Assembly (NCBI GenBank): GCA_023151335.1
Contig: JAKLJF010000001.1
Location: 1-32,917, forward strand
Length of the DNA stretch: 32,917 nt
DNA from: Thermoanaerobaculia bacterium
Lineage (GTDB): Bacteria; Bacteroidota; Bacteroidia; Chitinophagales; Saprospiraceae
Direction: 5' to 3'
Each line of letters begins with the position of its first letter. Position 1 is the stretch's first letter. Positions 1 to 8,354 of the stretch are shown in pieces. The position numbers and the translations under genes were made by a program. The notes under the pieces were generated by a model that saw nothing but the letters and a program-made list of their open reading frames with translations, ran no database searches and was not told the origin of the DNA.

Positions 1-1
1 C

Positions 2-88
2 GACATCAGTCGGCTTGCACCAGGTGGGTATTATCTTGTTTTCGAGTTGAGCGGAGTGACGCTTTCCAAGCAGTTTGTAAAACAGTAA
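2..88 (+). CDS. 3' end of a CDS cut by the window edge; the tail resembles a T9SS (Por) C-terminal sorting domain
   Basis: Frame 2 reads DISRLAPGGYYLVFELSGVTLSKQFVKQ*, with TAA at 86-88. The pattern (L..G.Y.....G......K.VK) matches the last strands of the CTDs of the complete T9SS cargo genes in this window. Confidence 0.45.
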   Translation, partial: DISRLAPGGYYLVFELSGVTLSKQFVKQ

Positions 89-191
89 AAGGAATTGGCG
101 CAAGAGGTTAGCTTATTTTTTCATTCCATTTCTGTAATGAAGAGAAATATCCTTTAAATTTGTCCAGAAATTTTAAACATATTAAAGGAGT

Positions 192-446
192 ATGGAAAGA
201 CAATGCAATCGTTGTGGCTGGGAGCCCAAGGCAGATTGGATAAGTAAAGGGCTTGATTTTTTTGACACTTTAGATAGAAGAACCTTTTATTCCTGTAAAT
301 CCCCCCTATGCAAGTTAAAGGGAGTGTGGTTTTGTAACCATTGTTTGGCTGATCTTGTAGGAAAAAAACCAACGAGATACTATAGTCCTGAAAAATGCCC
401 ATATTGCAAGATTGGCGTCATGCATAACCACGGTGAATACCGCTAA
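192..446 (+). CDS. small Cys-rich (4x CxxC/Cx4C) zinc-ribbon-like protein, function unknown
   Basis: 84-aa ORF with CNRC, CKSPLC, CNHC and CPYC pairs. It lies in an AT-rich islet and ends 4 nt before the next ORF on the same strand. The overlapping minus-strand ORF 154..402 has no comparable motif. Confidence 0.45.
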   Translation: MERQCNRCGWEPKADWISKGLDFFDTLDRRTFYSCKSPLCKLKGVWFCNHCLADLVGKKPTRYYSPEKCPYCKIGVMHNHGEYR

Positions 447-449
447 ATC

Positions 450-806
450 ATGGTTGAAATTCTTTCCAATATTCTCACAGGTATAATTGCCGACCTACTT
501 CGAAATTTAATTACAGGCAAAACCAATCACTTTACTCGTTCAGAAATTGAACAAATTGTAAAAAAAACCATTCAAAACGATTTCTCAACTCAAGATAATC
601 GTTTAGTTTCGGAAGCTTTGAAAGAAATTACTAACCGACTAGAAAGGTTAGAGGCCATTACAATCCGGGGCAATATTATTGAACTCAATAAAAATTTTCA
701 ACTGTCTGAAAGTCAAATTATACAAGAAATTAAATCCCATGAGGGTAATAGAAAAAACAATTTGATCCTTGATCCCGACATTTTTCATTACCTAACCAAG
801 AAATAA
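450..806 (+). CDS. hypothetical protein with a hydrophobic N-terminal helix followed by a charged, coiled-coil-like region
   Basis: 118-aa ORF tightly coupled to 192..446. The N-terminus is MVEILSNILTGIIADLLRNLITG, followed by a heptad-like E/K/L/I-rich sequence. No family recognised. Confidence 0.4.
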   Translation: MVEILSNILTGIIADLLRNLITGKTNHFTRSEIEQIVKKTIQNDFSTQDNRLVSEALKEITNRLERLEAITIRGNIIELNKNFQLSESQIIQEIKSHEGNRKNNLILDPDIFHYLTKK

Positions 807-948
807 TAAAGGTCAGGCTCCCTTCTATTCTCTACTTCGATACCGCCTGCGAACAATACTGATTGATATATCTCCCACTGTTTTTTTTCTTCAAGGGGGT
901 ATTTTCCCGCATAATTTTTTATAGACCTGCTCCATGAACGCATAAGTA

Positions 949-1530
949 TTATTTCCTCAGCACCTCCGCCACTGCAATCTTAAACCCTGTTATCACCGGC
1001 TCGGCCGAACAAAGGTCGTCCCCCTGGCACACCTCCATTTTTCGTCCCCGATAGACGTGCACTTCAGCCAGGTCAGGAAATATATGCCACACAACTGCCA
1101 CTTTGGCTTTTCGATAATCCTGCATTTTTTTATGCACCAGGTTCATTTGATCCTTGCCGGATATCACTTCAATAACAAATTGCGGAACGATATTTTCGCC
1201 TTTGGCGCCTTTTAAAATCTGCTCATCGGTATAGTAAGCGATGTCAGGGCGGCGGTGATTGGTTCCGAAAAAAGCATCTCCTTCGGCGATCAGCTGCCCG
1301 GTAGTTTTTTGTGCAAATTTGAGCCGGTACAAAAAGTTGATGAGGTTGTTTTGAATGTAAAACTGGCTTTTATCCATCGTTCGAGGCGTTTTTTCCACCC
1401 GGCCGTCGACCCATTCATATTTAAAACGGTCTTCGCGGGAGAGGTACTTTTTTTGAAATTCCGCCCACGAAATTTGCCTGGCCGGCACGTTTGGTATGGA
1501 TAAATTCTCCTGTATGGCTCTGGCTGTCAT
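949..1530 (-). CDS. Uma2-family (DUF820) putative restriction-type endonuclease
   Basis: 193 aa. Typical Uma2 layout: W.EF....... FKYEWVDG..E..P, then DIAYY......G......P.FVIEVIS and VAVVWHIFPD...V.VY (PD-(D/E)xK-like core). Confidence 0.8.
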   Translation of the reverse strand: MTARAIQENLSIPNVPARQISWAEFQKKYLSREDRFKYEWVDGRVEKTPRTMDKSQFYIQNNLINFLYRLKFAQKTTGQLIAEGDAFFGTNHRRPDIAYYTDEQILKGAKGENIVPQFVIEVISGKDQMNLVHKKMQDYRKAKVAVVWHIFPDLAEVHVYRGRKMEVCQGDDLCSAEPVITGFKIAVAEVLRK

Positions 1531-1574
1531 CGCAAGATAATTTTTGACAAAGATAAGAATTCGGCTTGAAGTTT

Positions 1575-1582
1575 TAATTTTG
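1575..1582 (+). promoter_or_regulatory. Bacteroidota-type -7 promoter box (TAnnTTTG) upstream of the amylase gene
   Basis: TAATTTTG about 50 nt upstream of the ATG at 1634. It sits in the divergent intergenic region between the Uma2 and amylase genes. Confidence 0.3.
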
Positions 1583-1633
1583 TCCCGGCTCTAATCCTGT
1601 ACCGCAAGAAAAATACGCTTAATCGTCATCTCG

Positions 1634-4600
1634 ATGAAAAATCATGCTACCCGTCATGTGGCGCTGCTCGCGCTGCTTTCCCTGTTTTTTTCTGCCAAAA
1701 ATACCCTCCGCGCCCAGGACGTCATCCTTCAGGGCTTTTACTGGAACACCCATCCCGGCGACGTGACCAACACCACCACTGGCGGTATCTGGTGGGATAC
1801 CCTTACCGCGGTGGCGCCCCAACTGGCCGCCGCGGGTTTTGATGCCGTGTGGACGCCCCCTCCGACAAAATCTTTCGCCGGCGTATGGGATATGGGCTAC
1901 GGCACCTACGATTATTTCGACCTCGGCAGTATCTTCAGCAAAGGCACCACGCGCACCCGTCACGGCAGCCGCGCCGAACTCGACGCCATGATCAGCGCCC
2001 TGCATTCCAACGGCATCAAGGTGATGGCCGACGTGGTGCTTAATCACCGCGGCGGCGCCGACGCGATAGCGCCCTACCAGGTCAACGGTTTCGGCAGCGG
2101 CTACAACGTATTTACGCCGCCCAGCAACCGCATCCCCAGCGGCCCGGAAGACGTTCACCCGACGAATCAACATCCAGACCTTAATCCGGATTACCACAAC
2201 CGGGTTTTCTTCGAAGATATTTGTCATTTCAACGAAAACGACGCCAACCCGCCCACCAACCCCGACGGTACGGCCGGCAGCTGGTGGTTCGGCGCGCCCA
2301 CGCTCATGGGCTCCATGGGCGACTCGCTCATCATGTGGGGCCGCTGGCTGGTGAACGACGTGGGCTACGACGAACTGCGCCTCGATGCCGTGAAACATAT
2401 CGACCCCTGGTTTATCAAAAAATTCCTCATCGAATCCAAAAACGGCGCACAACCCTTTGCCGTCGGCGAATCGTTCGAGTATGGTATTTCCAACCTGGTC
2501 AATTACTGGAACCAGGTACAGGATCCGGCCAACAGCGGTGGCGTGAAAAACGCGAAAATATCGCTGTTCGACTTCCCGCTGCGCGGCTCGCTGAAGTCAG
2601 TGCTGAACAACACTTCCGGCACTGCCGACCTGTACAACACGCTCGGCAATGCCGGACTCGTGTGGGGTTCCACCATGGGCGGTTTCGACGTGGTCACCTG
2701 GCTCGAAAGCCACGACACCGACCGGCAGGGATACATCGGCGCCTCTATGGGCTGCCCCATCCCTTACGGCAGTTCCTGCCTCGAACTGCACACCGAGAAC
2801 GACCACGACCCCGTCATTTCGGATAAGGAAGACATGGGCTATCCTTTCCTCCTGGCTGCCGAAGGCCGCCCCGTGGTGTTCTGGAAAGACTGGTACTGGT
2901 ACGGCATGGCCGACGACATCAAATGGCAGATTGCCCTGCGCCAGGCCACGGCCACCGGCGCCTCCGATCATATTCACAACATGGGCGGTTTCTGGCCCAC
3001 CGACCCGCCTTACGACGGCGACAACCACGGCGGAAATATGTTCGCCCTGCGCCGCGACGGCCTCACGGGCGGTGTCAGCGACGGCATGGTGCTGGGCCTC
3101 AATGACGACGACGACAAGGAACACGCGGTATGGGTGAATACGCCCTTTACCAATAAATATCTGAAAGATTACTCCGACGGCTACCTGTTCAAAACCACGC
3201 AAGCATTCGGCGACAGCCGGGCGCTCATCAAAGCGCAAAAACGCGACTATTCCTGGTGGTCCCCCACCGGCCTGTATCCCAAACCCGCCGGCACGCCGGC
3301 CAGCCATTTCAGCATGGGCGCCACGCCGGGCGGTTGCCCGCACTTTATCGCCGTCTGCGCAGTCGATGCCGCCAACCTGATCGTCAACGGCGCCCCCATC
3401 GCCGCCGGCGACGAATTGGCCGTGAAAAATGCCGCCGGACAAGTAACCGGCATCGGTCGTATCGGACAAGGGTTTAAATGGGACGGCGCCCACGACATGA
3501 TCATCGAAGTACTCGGTTCGCCTTCGACCAATGGTATGGCGCCCAACGAAGTATTCCGCTTATTTGTATACGACGCCAGTATGAATACTGAAGTGGAAGT
3601 CGGCACGGTGCAATACGCGGCCACTTCCGCGGTATTCACATTTGCCCCCGAGCGGCCCAACTCCCCAAACCGCAACGGCAATTTTTCAACTTTTCCGCTC
3701 CTGACCACGGCACAAGCCGCTTTCACCTGTGAAGCGATTTCCCGTATTATTGCTTTCAACACCCATGTAGCGGCGCATCAACCCGTCTGCATTGGCGATA
3801 ATGCCGGCAGCAGCACATATACCGGCGGCCTTTGGCCAAACGGCAGCAACAGCGGCACAGGCCTTGGGGCCTGGAGCCTGAGCAGCAGCGGAAGTGCGGG
3901 ATTCTTTACCGGAACTGCCGCCGCCAACGGCAACGGCGACAACAATAGCGATGGCGATATAAATACCTCCGGTGTGGCATGGGGTACCTGGGCAAACAGC
4001 GGCGGCGAGGCCAACGCCTTGCGCGCCTTTGCAGCCGACCTGACCCCGGGTTCGACGTTCACGCTCAAGATGGACAACGGCGATATCGACAATGGCGCCT
4101 CGGTAGGCTTCGGCCTGAAAAACAGCAGCGGAAACGACCTGTTCGAATTCTATTACCGCGGCGGCGATGCCGTCAATTCTTACAAACGCAATGACAATGA
4201 CGGCGAACAGAATATCGGCCTTGTATTTACCGATGAAGGACTCGCCCTGCAATTTACCCTGCTTACTGCCACAACCTATCAAATGGCAGTGACCCCGCTC
4301 GGAGGCGGCTCAACCGTCACCTTTTCCGGCGCCCTTAAAAATCCGGCAGGCGGCCAAAGCATAAACCGCGTACGGCTGTTCAACTACAACGCCGGTTCCG
4401 GCGGAGCAAGAGACGCGTTTTTTAACAGCATTGGCATTTGTTACCCCCCCTCGATTATTATTAATGAGGTCGATTACAATCAGCCCAACGCGCCGGATGG
4501 CGCGGAATTTATCGAACTGAAAAACGTAGGCAGCGACGCGGTCAACCTCGACCCCTACAAATTGGAACTACTCAACAGCGTCGGCACAGTGTACGCCACG

Positions 4601-7285
4601 GTCGACCTGCCTGCCATCAACCTGGCTGCCGGCGATTACTTCGTCATCTGCGGAACCGGCAACAACGTGCCCAACTGCGATTATAATTTCGCCGGCGCTA
4701 CCGACCAGATCAATGATGGCGCACCCGCCGCTATCCGGCTGGTGCTGAACAATTCGGTCACCACGGATGCCATGAGTTATGAAGGCTCCGTTACAGGCGC
4801 TTCCGAAGGCACAGGCGTAGCCGCGGGCGACAATAATTCCACTTCAGGAGTCGGCCTTTCCCGCATTCCTGACAGCAACGACACCGACCAGAACAACAGC
4901 GATTTCATCCTGACCTGTATTACGCCCGGCAGCGCCAATGTGAGCAATACCAACAGCGACGGCGATACCTACCCCGATTACTGCGACAATTGCCCGGACG
5001 ACGCGAATGAAACCCAGGCCGACACCGACGAAGACGCCATCGGCGACGCCTGCGACGATTGCCTGCTGGCCGTCGATGGCATATCCAATTTTAATACAAG
5101 CTCCTGCAACTGCAATCCCGGCTACTACCCGGTTACAGAAGTGCGCAACAGTCAGACGGTCATTATCGGCTGCCAGCCCTGTCCGGCCGGCAGCTATTGC
5201 CCGGATGGTATCAACGCTATTTTATGCCCTGTGGGCAAATATAGCAATGTGACCGGAGCAACAGCCTGTTTGAACTGCGCGGCAGGTTCGTACCAGGATC
5301 AACAAGGGCAGACCAGTTGCATTGCCTGCCCGCCCGGTAAATTCAGCAACGTGACCGGCGCGACAGCCTGCCAGAGTTGCGCGGCGGGCTCGTACCAGGA
5401 TCAGCCGGGACAGAGCAGTTGCACGGCCTGCCCGCCGGGTTCGTTCAGCAGTGCGACCGGTTCGGTCGCCTGCCAGAGTTGTGCGGCGGGCTCCTATCAG
5501 GATCAGCCGGGACAGACCAGTTGCACGGCTTGTCCGCCGGGTTCGTTCAGCAACGTGACCGGTTCGGTCGCCTGCCAGAGTTGCGCGGCGGGCTCCTACC
5601 AGGATCAGCCGGGACAAACCAGTTGCACGGCTTGTCCGCCCGGTAAATTCAGCAATGTGACCGGTTCAGTGACTTGCCAGAATTGCGGAATAAACACTTA
5701 CAGCTCCGGCAATGGCTCCACCGAATGTCTGTCCTGTGGAAATGGCTTTTATAGCCCTGAGGGGTCTGCCGCTTGTTCGGAATGCAATGTATCCTTCACG
5801 GCCACGCCAACGGACGAATCCTGTGCCGGGATGGAAGACGGCGAAATAGACATTACCAACGTGACTGGCGGAACGGCGCCGTTTATGTATTCCATCAATA
5901 ATGGCGCGAACTATGGCGCATCATCCACCTTTACCGGTCTGGCTTCCGGCACTTACCAGGTACGCGTCAAAGACTTCTACGATTGCGAAAGTGATGCGGT
6001 CAGTGTTGATATCGGCGGAGATGTGTGCCCCCTCGAATTCAGCGGAACCATTCTGTGGGAGCACGACGATGCCAGCGGCGTAAAAGACGCTACCGTCAAC
6101 CTTACCGGCGCCGGTACCGGCAACGACCTCACAGATATGAATGGCGATTACCTGATCAGCGTACCGCCGGTAAACGGCGATTACACGCTTACACCGGTTA
6201 AAAACATCAACAAACTCAATGGTCTGAGTGTGGCCGACGCCCTTGCTATCCAGCAACACCTGACCAATATCACCCCCATCACCGACCCCTACAAAATGGT
6301 AGCGGCTGATGTGAACAAAAGCAATTCCATCACCACCTTCGATGCCGTACTGATAAAACAAGTGCTGTTGAACAATCCGGGCGCCAACAATATTTTCAAC
6401 ACCTCCTGGCGTTTCGTGCCGGCCTCCTGGTCGCTGCCGACACCGCCTTGGGGTTTCCCCGAACAAATCAACCTGACGGGAGTAAACAGCAATCAAAGCA
6501 ACCAGGATTTCATTGGTATCAAACTCGGCGACCTGGTGGCAAACTACGCCGATCCGGCCAGTTTCGGCGGAGGTAGTGCCGGAATCGAACCTTTTGAATG
6601 GCAGGCGGACGACCAGGTGCTGGAAACGTTTGGTCCGCTGTCGGTGCTTTTTACTACGGGAGCTTTTGATCATCTGGCCGGTCTGCAATGCGCCTTCCGT
6701 TTCGATACGACCCGTCTTCGCTTCGACAGCCTCACTACGCTGCCGGCCATACCCATGTCAACAGCCGATTTCGGCCTGGGAGAAACAGATTCCGGCAAAA
6801 TTCGCCTGGCCTGGTCCACTGCCCAAAGCGTGGACCTCGATCCCGGCGATGAAGCGTTCCGGCTTTATTTTACCATTCTGCAACCCGGCGGACTGCTGAG
6901 CAGCGCGCTGCGGCTCGACGACAGTCTGCTACAGGGATTAGCCGTAAACCGCAACCTTGAAGAAACGACGGTAAAACTGACATTCTCCAATGCCAGCGGC
7001 GTAAATGATCCAGGCACGAACACTTTGCCGCGGCTGCTTCAAAACCGGCCCAATCCGTTCAGCAAATCAACCACCATCGGCTTTGTGCTGCCGGCCTCCT
7101 GCGAGGCAAGCCTGCGCGTGACCGATGTGAACGGGCGGGAAGTGTGGCAGACGAATAAAGCATACCCGGCAGGATACCATGAAGAAAAAATTGAATTGGA
7201 CGCGGGTTCCGGCGTATTGTTCTGCGAATTGATAACGCCCTGGGGAACCGTAGGCAGAAAAATGGTGGCCGGCGGCAGCAGATGA
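1634..7285 (+). CDS. giant secreted multidomain GH13 alpha-amylase, T9SS cargo. Domain order: signal peptide, GH13 catalytic domain, uncharacterised beta modules, lamin-tail domain, thrombospondin type-3 repeats, GCC2/GCC3 ephrin-receptor-like Cys-rich repeats, SprB repeat, CarboxypepD_reg-like, dockerin-like, cohesin-like, Por C-terminal domain
   Basis: - Signal peptide: MKNHATRHVALLALLSLFFSAKNTLRAQ.
- GH13 conserved regions: DAVWTPPP, VMADVVLNHRGG, GYDELRLDAVKHI, FAVGESFE, WLESHDT.
- LTD: IIINEVDYNQPNAPDGAEFIELKN.
- TSP3: DGDTYPDYCDNCPDDANETQADTDEDAIGDACDDC.
- Repeated C.SCAAGSYQDQPGQTSCTACPPG.FS units.
- Dockerin-like: ADVNKSNSITTFDAVLIKQVLL.
- Cohesin-like: LQCAFRFDTTRLRFDSL...GKIRLAWS.
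- CTD: LLQNRPNPFSKSTTIGFVLP...LRVTDVNGREV. Confidence 0.9.
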   Translation: MKNHATRHVALLALLSLFFSAKNTLRAQDVILQGFYWNTHPGDVTNTTTGGIWWDTLTAVAPQLAAAGFDAVWTPPPTKSFAGVWDMGYGTYDYFDLGSIFSKGTTRTRHGSRAELDAMISALHSNGIKVMADVVLNHRGGADAIAPYQVNGFGSGYNVFTPPSNRIPSGPEDVHPTNQHPDLNPDYHNRVFFEDICHFNENDANPPTNPDGTAGSWWFGAPTLMGSMGDSLIMWGRWLVNDVGYDELRLDAVKHIDPWFIKKFLIESKNGAQPFAVGESFEYGISNLVNYWNQVQDPANSGGVKNAKISLFDFPLRGSLKSVLNNTSGTADLYNTLGNAGLVWGSTMGGFDVVTWLESHDTDRQGYIGASMGCPIPYGSSCLELHTENDHDPVISDKEDMGYPFLLAAEGRPVVFWKDWYWYGMADDIKWQIALRQATATGASDHIHNMGGFWPTDPPYDGDNHGGNMFALRRDGLTGGVSDGMVLGLNDDDDKEHAVWVNTPFTNKYLKDYSDGYLFKTTQAFGDSRALIKAQKRDYSWWSPTGLYPKPAGTPASHFSMGATPGGCPHFIAVCAVDAANLIVNGAPIAAGDELAVKNAAGQVTGIGRIGQGFKWDGAHDMIIEVLGSPSTNGMAPNEVFRLFVYDASMNTEVEVGTVQYAATSAVFTFAPERPNSPNRNGNFSTFPLLTTAQAAFTCEAISRIIAFNTHVAAHQPVCIGDNAGSSTYTGGLWPNGSNSGTGLGAWSLSSSGSAGFFTGTAAANGNGDNNSDGDINTSGVAWGTWANSGGEANALRAFAADLTPGSTFTLKMDNGDIDNGASVGFGLKNSSGNDLFEFYYRGGDAVNSYKRNDNDGEQNIGLVFTDEGLALQFTLLTATTYQMAVTPLGGGSTVTFSGALKNPAGGQSINRVRLFNYNAGSGGARDAFFNSIGICYPPSIIINEVDYNQPNAPDGAEFIELKNVGSDAVNLDPYKLELLNSVGTVYATVDLPAINLAAGDYFVICGTGNNVPNCDYNFAGATDQINDGAPAAIRLVLNNSVTTDAMSYEGSVTGASEGTGVAAGDNNSTSGVGLSRIPDSNDTDQNNSDFILTCITPGSANVSNTNSDGDTYPDYCDNCPDDANETQADTDEDAIGDACDDCLLAVDGISNFNTSSCNCNPGYYPVTEVRNSQTVIIGCQPCPAGSYCPDGINAILCPVGKYSNVTGATACLNCAAGSYQDQQGQTSCIACPPGKFSNVTGATACQSCAAGSYQDQPGQSSCTACPPGSFSSATGSVACQSCAAGSYQDQPGQTSCTACPPGSFSNVTGSVACQSCAAGSYQDQPGQTSCTACPPGKFSNVTGSVTCQNCGINTYSSGNGSTECLSCGNGFYSPEGSAACSECNVSFTATPTDESCAGMEDGEIDITNVTGGTAPFMYSINNGANYGASSTFTGLASGTYQVRVKDFYDCESDAVSVDIGGDVCPLEFSGTILWEHDDASGVKDATVNLTGAGTGNDLTDMNGDYLISVPPVNGDYTLTPVKNINKLNGLSVADALAIQQHLTNITPITDPYKMVAADVNKSNSITTFDAVLIKQVLLNNPGANNIFNTSWRFVPASWSLPTPPWGFPEQINLTGVNSNQSNQDFIGIKLGDLVANYADPASFGGGSAGIEPFEWQADDQVLETFGPLSVLFTTGAFDHLAGLQCAFRFDTTRLRFDSLTTLPAIPMSTADFGLGETDSGKIRLAWSTAQSVDLDPGDEAFRLYFTILQPGGLLSSALRLDDSLLQGLAVNRNLEETTVKLTFSNASGVNDPGTNTLPRLLQNRPNPFSKSTTIGFVLPASCEASLRVTDVNGREVWQTNKAYPAGYHEEKIELDAGSGVLFCELITPWGTVGRKMVAGGSR
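5267..5674 (+). repeat. four tandem 102-nt (34-aa) near-identical coding repeats (ephrin-receptor-like / GCC2_GCC3 Cys-rich units)
   Basis: Unit starts (TGY of the first Cys) are at 5267, 5369, 5471 and 5573. Neighbouring units differ at only a few positions per 102 nt by eye. More diverged units flank the array on both sides. Confidence 0.85.
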
Positions 7286-7332
7286 TCAGACTGTTGCTGC
7301 CAGGCAGCGCGGTATGTGCCATGCCGTCCCCA

Positions 7333-8055
7333 TCATGGCACATACCGGATATTCGGGTTAAGTCGCAGGGAAAACCATTCGTTCGACAAGGCCAATGCGA
7401 TATGTACCAAAACTGCCACCCAGATGGTGCCGGTTTGCAAGGTAACGAAACACAATACCAGGCCGAGCACAATCGCCCCGACACCTTCCGTCATACGTTT
7501 TGGCACGTGTACCAGGGCATAAATGGCGGTATTAATGGCAATGGCTGCGCCGGCGCCAAACGCGCGTTCGCAGGAAAACAGTAAAAAACCGCGGAACGTC
7601 AGCTCGTAGGCTAACAGGTAGGCCGCCCAGCTTAGTGCGCTGAAAATTAGTGTGCGCTGCCCCCACACCGGGCGGCGTATTTCAGGATACATGGTCAGGC
7701 TTTCCGGTTTGCGGGCGCCCTGGTACGACAGGAATACAGCTACCGCCGACAAACCCAGCGTCCACCATAAGTCGGGCAAAGTCCATTGCCAGGCCAGGCC
7801 AAAATCCGCCCCCCGGCGACCTGTCCCGGTAAAAAAAACCAGTGCGGGAATGATCCCATAACAACAAACACCCACAAAACGCTGGAGGTAAATTTTAGCT
7901 TCCTGCGCCTGTTCTTCCCCCAGGCGGCCAGTCAGCCAGGGAACGACGAGCGCATTGGTCACCACTGCCCAAAAAACGATGAACCCAAGGGTGACCAGGG
8001 CAATAGCCAGGGCAGCCTCGGTATGAAGAGGGGAAGGAAAGTATTGTTCGGGCAT
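7333..8055 (-). CDS. CPBP-family (CAAX/Abi) intramembrane metalloprotease
   Basis: 240 aa with multiple TM helices. Signature motifs: YELTFRGFLLF (EExxxR-type), AIYALVHVP and LVHIALALSNEW (H...N). Confidence 0.85.
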   Translation of the reverse strand: MPEQYFPSPLHTEAALAIALVTLGFIVFWAVVTNALVVPWLTGRLGEEQAQEAKIYLQRFVGVCCYGIIPALVFFTGTGRRGADFGLAWQWTLPDLWWTLGLSAVAVFLSYQGARKPESLTMYPEIRRPVWGQRTLIFSALSWAAYLLAYELTFRGFLLFSCERAFGAGAAIAINTAIYALVHVPKRMTEGVGAIVLGLVLCFVTLQTGTIWVAVLVHIALALSNEWFSLRLNPNIRYVP

Positions 8056-8170
8056 ATATCTTGTTTTTTAATATTTATCAGCAAATGATGTTTTACCGTT
8101 TGCGCGCTTTTCCAGGCGGCAATTATGAGAAAATCTTTTAAAGAAGGCCCGAAAGTCAAAAAACAAAAAT

Positions 8171-8178
8171 TACTTTTG
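8171..8178 (+). promoter_or_regulatory. Bacteroidota-type -7 promoter box (TAnnTTTG)
   Basis: TACTTTTG in the 300-nt divergent intergenic region, about 177 nt upstream of the ATG at 8355. This would imply a long leader. Confidence 0.25.
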
Positions 8179-8354
8179 GCCCGGTTTTAATCCGTTACAA
8201 CATCTCATGGGAAGGGAAAAGACGCCTGTTCAGGCAAAATTCCCCATACTTTTTTCTCTTGCCCACTGCTGTTTTTTTTCGTAGCAGGAATCATGATCCG
8301 GATATCGTTTGATCCGTGCCGTATGGTTCTGCGCCAGATCAAATTTTAAGTCAG

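Noticed and set aside
154-402. 82-aa minus-strand ORF overlapping the zinc-ribbon ORF
   Set aside because: It has no motifs and no partner gene. The plus-strand ORF has four regularly spaced Cys pairs and is translationally coupled to the next ORF. Confidence in either remains modest.
1619-4282. Minus-strand and out-of-frame ORFs overlapping the amylase gene (1619..2452, 2597..3493, 3247..3762, 3686..4282, and the 2221..2826 plus frame)
   Set aside because: The GH13 signature motifs and signal peptide establish the 1634..7285 frame. The overlapping ORFs are Arg/Gly/Ala-rich shadow frames.
7296-7308. GCTGCC-A-GGCAGC palindrome between the convergent amylase and CPBP genes
   Set aside because: The one-nucleotide loop makes a stable hairpin implausible, and there is no flanking T-run.
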